Numbered from the stretch's first letter, positions 1-8,798 are shown. The stretch is DNA of 10,680 nucleotides from Octopus sinensis (GCF_006345805.1 NW_021827331.1:1-10680), one strand, 5' to 3'. The notes: a model not told the origin generated them from the letters alone. Numbers and translations: made by a program.

Positions 1-260
1 GGATCTTAACACATGGACTGTAATTGGAAAGCAGGGGTGGGGAAGTGTAATAGTAATGACATGCTTTTGCTGCACATGTGTGAAGAGCTGAGTCTGGTGT
101 TACCAATACCATGTTTCAAACAACGAATAAGCTTAGGACTAAAGAATGGCATATTCTGGATTACATCCTAGTTAGGGTGCGTGACAGACAGGATGTGCAG
201 TGTGATCGTGTTCTTCGTGGAGCTGAGTGTTGGACTGACCACCGCCTAGTTACGACGTGC
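1..260 (+). pseudogene. C-terminal part of the AP endonuclease domain of RTE ORF2 (frameshifted)
   Basis: GKCNSNDMLLLHMCEELSLV / TNTMFQ / KEWHILDYILVRVRDRQDVQCDRVLRGAECWTDHRLV, matching the RTE APE C-terminal motifs (xDY and TDH). Confidence 0.88.
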
Positions 261-742
261 AACAGTGAAATTAGTCACAAAACATAAAATCCGAGCTGCA
301 GGGATGATCCTGCCTAAAAGACTGAATGTTGGTATAATAGTGTGAAGAGACTTTACGAGAGGAAATGAATGCTGCAGATATTGGGGAAGATTGGCCGAAC
401 CTCAAAAAGTCAGTTTATGATATAGGCAGGAAATCTGGATTGGGATCTGGATATACAAAGAAAGCATCAAGATTGGTTCAAAGAAAATGATGAACATATA
501 GATGATTTATGGCTGATAAAAGGCGTACTTTGTCACGAAATTTGTCAGCAAAGTCACAGGAAAGGGAAGTGTTGCATAGGGAACTCACGGACGTAAAATC
601 ACGTGTGAGGCAAAGGCTCTCTCAGATGAGGGATACGTGGTGGAGTAAGAAGGCTGACGAGATACAGGCGGCATGAGATTCCAATAACACAAAGTTGCTG
701 AATGGTCTCTTGTGAGAAGTTTATGGACCGACGTCTTCCCTG

Positions 743-2430
743 ATGACACCAATTCGAAGCAGGGATGGTAAAGAAGTTCTTCATGATTCACAAGGAATTC
801 TGCGAAGGTGGCAAGAACACTTTGATGAACTTTTGAATCAACAGTCTGTAGTTAGTGCGGATGTTCTCAATCTCATCCCTGCATTGCCTGTGAAGGCAGC
901 ACTCGCAGAACCACGAAAGTTGGAAGACGTTGCAATGGCTATCTCAAGGTTGAATAATGGGAAGTCTCCGGGTATGGATGGCATACATGCGGAGTTGTAA
1001 CAGTATGGTGGTGAGAAACTTCTGCAGAAACTTCACTCTTTGTTTGGTAAGATATGGACTAGTGAATCTGTACGAGGACTGGAGAGATACAGTAATGGTG
1101 GAAGGGAAAGGGCAGCAGGAATGATTGTGGTAATTATAGGAGAGTATCATTGCTGTCTGTTGTAGGAAAGGTTTTATGCATGGTACTTCTGGATCGTCTG
1201 CTGAAATCCGTTGCAGACTGTGTTCTTCAAGAAAGTCAATCTGGCTTTCGTGTGGGATGTGGCACTGCTGATATAATCTTTCAGCTAGACAGCTTCAGGA
1301 GAAGTGTGGAACAGGGTCTGGATTTGTATCAGGTTTTTGTAGATCTGACAAAAGCCTTTGATACCGTCAATAGAAAAGCATTGTGGAAAGTCCTCCAGGA
1401 ACGTGGGTGTCCTGAAAAGTTCCTTGCTTTGGTTAGGTCTTTTCATGAAGACATGAATGGTAGGGTGAATGTTAGAGGAAAATGTCGGAGCCCATTGCAA
1501 TACAAAATGGAAATAGGGGGATATCCTGGCACCGACCCTACTTGCCATATATCTTGCGATGGTGTTCTGTATTGCATTCAGAAACTGCAGATACGGTGTT
1601 TACATCCATTATCGAACCTCTGGCAGCATATTTAATATCAGGCACTTGCTGCGAAAACAAATGCATTTACTCTATCATGAGAGACCTTTTGTATGCAGAT
1701 GATTGTGATCTAGTAGCACACACAGAGATTGGTATGCAACACATTTTTAATGCATTCTCTGATGCTTGCACTGCCTTAGGATTGACAGTGAATCTCAATA
1801 AAACTGTTGTCATGCATCAATCTGCCCCTGGTAAGCAGTATAGTGTACTACCAAATATCTATGTGTATCTTAAACGACTTGATGTAGTTGATCAGTTTGT
1901 CTACCTGGGAAGCACTATTAATAGATATAGCAATTGGATGATGAAATTCCACATAGAATTAGGAAAGCAAGTGTGCTTTCGGAAGGGTAGAAAAGCGCCT
2001 CTGGAGTCGGCGAGACATATGCAGAAAGACAAAGATAAAGGTGTACAAGGCATGTGTGCTCCCTTCTCTTCTCTATGCCTGCGAGACGTGAGTCACATAT
2101 CGATACCACTTTAAACAACTGGAACGTTTCCATCAGATGTGTCTTAGACGGATCTATGGCATTAAGTGGAAGGACCGCATAAGTGATCTTGAAATATTGG
2201 AAGGCTCTCGGTGTGAAAGTGTAGAAGAGCTCTTGTGTTAAAGCGAAGGCTCAGATGGAATGGTCATCTGGTCAGGATGAAGGATTCAAGGATGCCAAAA
2301 CAACTCTTTCATGGAGAGTTAGCTAAAGGAGAACAACCTCCACATAAACCAAAAGAGAGGTATAAGGACTTGCTGAAGGCTTCCTTAAAAGATGCTTGCA
2401 TCTCTCCTGACACATGGGAAGGCATAGTTA
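743..2430 (+). pseudogene. Reverse transcriptase and downstream region of RTE ORF2, disrupted
   Basis: Track ORFs 743-1000, 1150-1635, 1482-2114 and 2235-2480 are consecutive pieces of one RT. Includes a stop at 998-1000, KQG read as K*G near 1512-1520, YADD at 1692-1703 and a W-to-stop at 2088-2090. Confidence 0.93.
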
Positions 2431-2577
2431 TTGATCGTAGCTGGGGAGAAGGATTGTGTACGAGGGACAGCCACTTTTGAGAAATCTCGAGTGGCACATA
2501 AGAAAGTAAGGAGGGATGTCAGGAAGCGCATCGCTGATACACTTCCAGATGGGAAGGGTCTTCCTATGATGCTGACA

Positions 2578-2864
2578 TGCAGTGTCTGTGCAAGACCCTG
2601 CCTCAGAAAAGCTGGACTCAAGAGTCATCTTCGTAGTCATAAAGCGAGAAAGATGAGTGACAACCTGGCCACTGGTGGTGGTGTAACACACCATACAAAT
2701 AATATCTGCCGGGCATGCAAAAGAGAGTGTAATTCGGCAGGAGGACTTAAAAAACATGCACAGGTACATGAAGCCCAGTTACAACTACAGCCGGCTATTA
2801 CCGGTAAAGGTTTTAGTTGCCAATTCTGTACAAGACTGGGCTAAAAAGTCACATTCGATCACAC
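2578..2864 (+). pseudogene. Three C2H2 zinc fingers at the C-terminus of RTE ORF2; the third is broken by a deletion/frameshift
   Basis: F1 2578-2640 CSVCARPCLRKAGLKSHLRSH and F2 2707-2769 CRACKRECNSAGGLKKHAQVH are both exact C-X2-C-X12-H-X3-H. F3 is CQFCTR (2818-2835) plus GLKSHIRSH (2838-2864) in another frame. Confidence 0.88.
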
Positions 2865-3121
2865 ACGCCAGTAACAGTTAAGCTTGAAATATGTTACAAA
2901 AGGAAAATATAAAATACACGTGAAAATTTAAGGGGAGAATAAAAAAAAATCAACGAAAATGCACATTGTAAATAAAAAAAGAAAAAGCTTTTTATGAAAG
3001 GTAACGACAGATATTACTTTTAGATGGGATGAGGTAGTAATAAAAGTCATTATTACGAGATGATTAAAAAGTCAGAAAGCAAAGCATACCATGGTATCGT
3101 CATAAGCTATTCGTTTCCGCC

Positions 3122-3415
<294 letters not shown>

Positions 3416-3629
3416 TGCAGTCAGATCTAGTCAAGTAATTTGCCTCATTTGTTTGTTAAATCTAGTTGGAACCGATAGATAAGAGAAAATCATTTGGTCA
3501 TTATATTTGATTGACTGTAGTTGTTGAATATTTCGTAGAAGCTATTGGCTTGAAGCAGGGTTAGGTGTTTATGTAGTTTTCTGATGGTAGTAGGGACAAA
3601 CAGAGGCACACAATCGTACACATATATAC

Positions 3630-3775
3630 ACTTCTATACGACGGGCTTTTTTCAGTTTCCGATACGAAATCGAATCATAAGGATTTAGTCGACCCGGGAC
3701 GATAGAAGAAAACACTTGTCTAAGCTGCCACGCGGTGGGACTGCACCAGGAACCGTGTGGTTGGTAAGCAGCCAA
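3630..3775 (-). mobile_element. tRNA-derived SINE head region, minus strand (octopus-type family)
   Basis: Reverse complement reads TGCTTACCAACCACACGGTTCCTGGTGCAGTCCCACCGCGTGGCAGCTTAGACAAGTGTTTTCTTCTATC...GGAAACTGAAAAAAGCCCGTCGTATA. Hand alignment gives 44/60 identity to the + copy at 3891-3950. The family assignment is from memory of Octopus SINEs. Confidence 0.8.
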
Positions 3776-3794
3776 ACCCCCACTGAGATATATT

Positions 3795-3797
<3 letters not shown>

Positions 3798-3835
<38 letters not shown>
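3798..3835. repeat. (TA)n microsatellite separating the two SINE heads
   Basis: Pure TA run. Confidence 0.97.
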
Positions 3836-3837
<2 letters not shown>

Positions 3838-3840
3838 ATA

Positions 3841-3985
3841 GGCGTAGGAATGGCTGTGTGATAAGTAGCTTCCCTACGAAACGCAGTGTTCTTGGTTCAG
3901 TCCCACTGCATGGTATCTTGGGCTAGTGTCTTCTACTATAGACTCGTGCCACCAAACCTTGTGAGTGGAATTGATAGGCGGAGCA
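3841..3985 (+). mobile_element. tRNA-derived SINE head region, plus strand
   Basis: A-box-like TGGCTGTGTGATAAG (3851-3865) and B-box-like GGTTCAGTCC (3894-3903). Homologous to the minus copy at 3630-3775 and followed by a CA/TA/TG microsatellite. Confidence 0.82.
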
Positions 3986-4068
3986 TACACACACACACAC
4001 ACACTCACACAAACATATATATACATATATGTGTGGGGGGGCTATGTATATATATATATATATACACG
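3986..4068. repeat. Mixed (CA)n/(TA)n/(TG)n microsatellite internal to the SINE
   Basis: Directly visible between the SINE head and the 3' module. Confidence 0.9.
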
Positions 4069-4235
4069 TTTGTATGTCTGTTTATCCCTCCAACACCGCT
4101 TGACAACCGGTGCTGGTGTGTTCATGTCCCCGTAACTTAGCGTTTCGTCATAAGAGAAAATAGATTAATTACTAGGCCTACAAAAAATAAGTATTGGGTT
4201 CGAATTTCGCGAATAAAGGCGCTACTGCGGCATGG
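4069..4235 (+). mobile_element. SINE 3' module, copy 1
   Basis: TTTGTATGTCTGTTTAT...GACAACCGGTGCTGGTGTGT...AACTTAGCG...TACTAGGCCTACAAA...CGAATAAAGGC...CATGG, collinear with 4302-4469. Confidence 0.8.
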
Positions 4236-4236
4236 A

Positions 4237-4247
4237 ATATATATATG

Positions 4248-4302
<55 letters not shown>
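4237..4302. repeat. (TA)n followed by (TG)n microsatellite
   Basis: TA run 4237-4267, then a TG run of about 17 units at 4268-4302. Confidence 0.97.
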
Positions 4303-4305
<3 letters not shown>

Positions 4306-4490
4306 TAATGTCTGTTTATTTCTCGAACATCGTTGGACAACGGGTGCTGGTGTGTACAATTCCCCGAACTTAGCGGTTCGGGAAAATGGACCGATAGTTT
4401 AAATACTAGGCCTACAAAGTATAAGTCCTGGGGTCGATTTGCACGAATAAAGGCATTGCTCCACCATGGCCGAAGTCAAATAATTGAAAA
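4302..4490 (+). mobile_element. SINE 3' module, copy 2 (direct repeat of 4069-4235, with a longer tail)
   Basis: Shares GTCTGTTTAT, GGTGCTGGTGTGT, AACTTAGCG, TACTAGGCCTACAAA and CGAATAAAGGC with copy 1. Continues CATGGCCGAAGTCAAATAATTGAAAAA. Confidence 0.8.
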
Positions 4491-4824
4491 ATTAGTGTGT
4501 GTAAAATAGAAAATAACCAGAAAAGTTTATATTCTCTTAACTACATCAGTAAGGGAGATAACTGAAAATCAACTTTTAGAGTTACTTCCCTTGACATATT
4601 GATAAAAGGCATGACAGTTAAGATGTAGGCGCGTTTGTTTTTGATGCGAAGGGCACACTTGCATTCGCGCAGGAAGATACAAACATACGCATGCAATTTT
4701 CTGCTGTTCACTTTAACAAATAAACATTATAATTTACATTTAATTACACCCGAAAACTATGTAAAGTACTCACCTATCTAGTACTACCCTTTGGACATGA
4801 TCGGGTTTTCTTTGGTTTTAGATA

Positions 4825-4984
4825 GTATATATGCGTATGTGGGTATATACACGTGTATATGTATGAATGCATGTATTTATGTATATAATATATATATATT
4901 ATATATATATATATATATGTATTTATATATATATCATAAATTTATAGTTTTATATATATATATGTAGGTATATACTATGTATAT

Positions 4985-5062
<78 letters not shown>
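4825..5062. repeat. (TA)n-rich compound microsatellite, left flank of the CR1
   Basis: TA/TATG runs ending in a near-pure TA run at ~4997-5060. Confidence 0.97.
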
Positions 5063-5065
<3 letters not shown>

Positions 5066-7969
5066 TCTCAAAAATGGAAGATAAAATTCCTGGAGGACTG
5101 GATCGATGCCCATCCAAACCACATCCTTTCTTCGTCCTCACTGAAGCCCATCTTAGTGACCTCCACTTGGAAGCCGAGGTGAAAGTTAAAAATTTCAAAG
5201 CCATTCGTGCTGATCGTGCTGGCAGAAGAAAGGGTGGGACTGCCATTTATGTTCATGATTCATTCTCAACAGAAGCTATGAACATATTTTCCAATGGATA
5301 CTGCGAAGCAGTCGCTATATTCAGTCAAACCAACAACTTAACAGTAGTTGGCTCTACAGACACCCCCAAACGCCCCTACCATGCTTCAAGGAATGCCTCA
5401 ACAACATAAAGTGTTTCATTCAGCAGTGTCAACCTGACAACATTTTAATGATGGGAGACTTCAACCTTCCCGGGGTTGACTGGTCTACAAACAGTCTGCC
5501 GCAGGTTCTTCTCTCTCAACCCCTGACAGGGAGGCAGTGGAATCGCTTCTTGACTTCATGGATGATTTCTTCCTGTCCCAACTGGTGCTCGAACCAACGA
5601 GATGTCACAAAAACGTCTCTTAGACTTAATTTTCAGCAATCACACTGATACTATCCACAATATTGCAGTGGAGAAAACCCTACTCTCCGACCATGACATG
5701 GTTCTCTGTGATCTGAGATTTCACCGGCCAAAATGCAAAACAAATGTCATCCCTCCTGTTCATCCATTTGACACTATGGATTTCCACAATGCAAACTGGG
5801 AAGCGATCAATAATGATCTTGCACAAGTCGATTGGTCCTTCACGCACACATACACACCCACTAACATCAAAAAGTCCTGGCAGTCATTTGTAGACACCAT
5901 TACGAACATATGTGCAAACCACACCCCATTAAGATCTGCAAACAAATCTAAGTGTCGAATCCCTAGAAATAGAAAATATCTCATCAGGAAAATTAAAAGA
6001 ATTAACAAAAAATCAACGAGCTGAAATACTGTCAACAGCAACACACCAACCTGACTGCCATCTCGTCGCTAGAGATTAAAAAACATAAACTCCAAAACAA
6101 CATTATGTCTATCATCAATAGTCAGCGAAGAGCTGAAGAGGCCTGGGCCATTGAGAAGATCAAACTCAATCCCAAAGTATTCTTTTCATTTGCAAAAAAC
6201 ACAGAGTCACTGGTTCTACTGTTGGCCCTCTGATTGATGAAAATGGTACTCTTCAAGACAATGCCAAAACCATGGGAGAGATATTGCAGAAACAATATTG
6301 CTCTGTTTTCAGCAATCCTGATATGACGGATCTGGTCTGTATCAGTGATGTTACTCCCCAATACACTTTATCGGACATAACCTTTGGTGCTACTGATGTC
6401 TTAGCAGCAATAAAGGAAATGAAGCATAAATCAGCAGTAGGTCCCGATAGGTTCCCTGCTTGTGTCTTGAAGATGTGTCAACACCAACTTGCACCCACTT
6501 GAGCCAATCTGTGGCGGAACTCACTGGATGCTGGATATATACCAGAAGACCTATCCCAGTTTGTATTCCCAGTTTTCAAAAAAGGAAACAAATCGCTTGC
6601 CGTGAATTACCGTCCAATCTCACTCACCTCTCATGTCATTATGGTATTTGAGAGAGTGCTGAGATCGCGTATGACTCACTTCCTTGAGAGTCATGATATG
6701 CTGAACTCCAACCAGCATGGATTCCGTAATGGAAGGGATTGCCTGACGCAGCTACTGCATCATTTTGATGACATTTTGAGAGCCTTGGGAGAGGGTTCCA
6801 ACACTGATGTCATCTACCTTGATTTCAGCAAGGCCTTTGACAGGTTTGATCATAAGATCCTTTTGGGAAAGCTGTCTAATATTGGTGTCACTAGAAAGCT
6901 GCTACAGTGGATCAAGTGCTTCCTGTCTAACAGAACCCAACATGTTGTAGTCGAAGGAGTCAAATCCAGCCCTGCCAAAGTCAGCAGTGGTGTCCCACAA
7001 GGCACGGTGTTGGGCCCACTTCTCTTCATCATCTACATAAATGATATTACTGACACCATCAAACACAGTAACATCAGAACCTTCGCTGATGATTCCAAGC
7101 TCCAGAAGGTCATCAATGGCGTGGATGACCGAATAAGCCTTCAGTCAGACCTACTGGCTGTTGTCCAATGGGCGGAAAAGAACAACATATTGCTAAACAT
7201 AGACAAATTCGAACTGATCCACTTTGGAAGGGAGGACGCTCTGAAACTCCCATACTCCCTTCCTTCTGGAGAAATTATCATGGCGTCCAACAACATCAGA
7301 GATTTGGGAGTAACAGTGGACAGCAACATAAGCTGGGCTACACATATAAGCAGCAAATTTGACATGGCCCGCAGAATGTGTTCCTGGATTCTCAGAACCT
7401 TCCAGTCGAGAGATTCCCACACCATTATCCTTCTCTTCTTCACTTTTGCCCGACCCCCACCTTGAATACTGTTGTCCACTGTGGTCTCCCTACACGAAAC
7501 AAAATATTATGAGAATTGAAGCTCCCCAAAGGTCAATCACAAAAAGATAGATGGCATGTCAGACCTTGACTACTGGGGTAGACTAGAGAAGCTGAAACTG
7601 TATTCACTCCAACAACACCGTGAACGCTACATTATCTGTATGATGTGGAAAATATTCCATCAGCACTGTCCGAATGATGTTGGCATCACCTTCAAAATAC
7701 ATCCAAGGCTTGGACAACGTGCCATCCGTCCACAACAAAAATCTAAATCGCATCACATAACAACAATATGGCACAATTATTTCACCTCAATTGGAACCGC
7801 TCTCTTCAACATTACACCAGGACACGTCAAAACAGAAACTGACCACACAAAATTCAAGAAGTCTTTGGACAAATTCCTTCAAACAGTCCCGGACAAACCA
7901 TCCACACCCGGATATGTCTCCGCAAACAATAACTGTCTGCTCGAATGGGCCTTGGTGCCCAAATCCTGA
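5060..7969 (+). pseudogene. CR1 ORF2 (AP endonuclease plus reverse transcriptase); about 8 frameshifts and one in-frame stop as assembled
   Basis: Frame changes near 5120, 5351, 5521, 5615, 6010, 6197, 7456 and 7543. TGA at 6500-6502 interrupts an otherwise single open frame from ~6200 to ~7455. Confidence 0.9.
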
Positions 7970-8008
7970 ATTGAAAGACTTCGCCAGGTGGTGCTATTAA
8001 GTTAGACA

Positions 8009-8057
8009 TGGCCTGGGCCAATACTGGCCAAAACCTTTCTAAGTTATTCTAAGTTAT

Positions 8058-8058
<1 letters not shown>
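8009..8058 (+). other. LINE 3' recognition hairpin plus terminal tandem repeat (TTCTAAGTTA)x2
   Basis: TGGCC (8009-8013) pairs with GGCCA (8026-8030) around a 12-nt loop. TTCTAAGTTA occurs at 8037-8046 and 8047-8056. Confidence 0.7.
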
Positions 8059-8097
<39 letters not shown>

Positions 8098-8186
8098 TAT
8101 GTATATATGTATGTATATATGTATGTATATATGTATGTATGTATATATCTATATATATCTATATATATATGCATGCATAAACTATG

Positions 8187-8249
<63 letters not shown>

Positions 8250-8328
8250 GTATGTATATATGTATGTATATATGTATTTATGTATATATGTATGTATATA
8301 TATATATCTATATATATATACATGCATA

Positions 8329-8364
<36 letters not shown>

Positions 8365-8505
8365 CATACATGTATATATTTATGTATATATGTATATATT
8401 TATGTATATATACATGTATGTATGCATATATATATATATATATATATACATGTATATATATATTTGTATGTATGAGTATAAGCGTATGTATGAGTATGTA
8501 TGAGA
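8057..8505. repeat. Compound (TA)n/(TATG)n microsatellite with a 10-bp GTATGTATAT unit and a ~150-bp higher-order duplication
   Basis: Directly visible. Blocks starting near 8091 and 8243 share the same order of variant units. Confidence 0.96.
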
Positions 8506-8794
8506 AGGAGAAATTTTTTTTCAAGAATATTGTTTACTTTAATATTTGTGTCTTTGTGAAATAGAAGTTGGTTGGATTATGTTCCTCGTTATCTTTGTAT
8601 TAATGGCGGGGGAGAAGGATGGCATTCCAGTGTCTTTTGTTTATTTTAACTCATAAAATTATGTGTAATTAAAATTACTTCATCAGTAAATGAAGGATTT
8701 AAAAATATCCTTCCTTCCCCCCATCCCCATCCACTCTAATACTCCAATATAAATATCTTTTATAGGTAATTCCAGCCTGAAGAATTCAATATGT

Positions 8795-8798
<4 letters not shown>

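Larger units (their letters stand above)
1..2870 (+). mobile_element. Decayed RTE-clade non-LTR retrotransposon (LINE); begins inside the endonuclease at the window edge
   Basis: Joining + frames gives RTE ORF2 motifs in the expected order: GKCNSND..LLL (~40-70), KEWHILDYILVR (141-176), CWTDHRL (228-248), RKHQDWFKEND (459-491), ILRRWQEHFDELLN, GKSPGMDGIHAEL, KGKGSRNDCGNYRRVSLLSVVGKV, ESQSGFR, FVDLTKAFDTVNR, LLYADD (YADD 1692-1703), FVYLGS, KTKIKVYKACVLPSLLYACET, RLRWNGHLVRM..SRMPKQLFHGEL, then the zinc fingers. Many frameshifts, stops and deletions. Confidence 0.95.
5060..8058 (+). mobile_element. CR1-clade LINE, 5'-truncated at the start of ORF2, with an intact 3' end
   Basis: APE: LTEAHL, RADRAGRRKGGTAIYV, GDFN (5454-5465), LDLIFSN, SDH (5686-5694). 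RT: NYRPISLTS, QHGFR, YLDFSKAFD, SGVPQGTVLGPLLF, FADD (7082-7093), RDLGV. CR1-type RPHLEY..PLWSP. Stop at 7967-7969, short 3' UTR with a hairpin and tandem tail. Confidence 0.93.

Noticed and set aside
433-452. ATCTGGAT repeated at 12-bp spacing inside the RTE
   Set aside because: An ordinary small duplication lesion in a dead element.
585-2769. Minus-strand ORFs overlapping the RTE
   Set aside because: Antisense shadows of LINE coding sequence with no recognisable motifs.
2431-2844. Idea that the zinc-finger ORF is a domesticated host ZNF gene because it stays open for 137 codons
   Set aside because: It is continuous with the RTE C-terminus, has no ATG start, F3 is frameshifted, and an open stretch of this length is compatible with the lesion spacing elsewhere in the element.
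3086-3097. Perfect 12-bp palindrome ATACCATGGTAT
   Set aside because: Isolated, with no supporting context. Plausible by chance in 10 kb of AT-rich DNA.
5760-7479. Minus-strand and alternate-frame ORFs overlapping the CR1
   Set aside because: Shadow frames of ORF2 with no independent domain signal.
6140-8020. Exact 11-mer GGCCTGGGCCA at 6140 and 8010
   Set aside because: A single short match, one copy of which is coding (EAWA). Consistent with chance.
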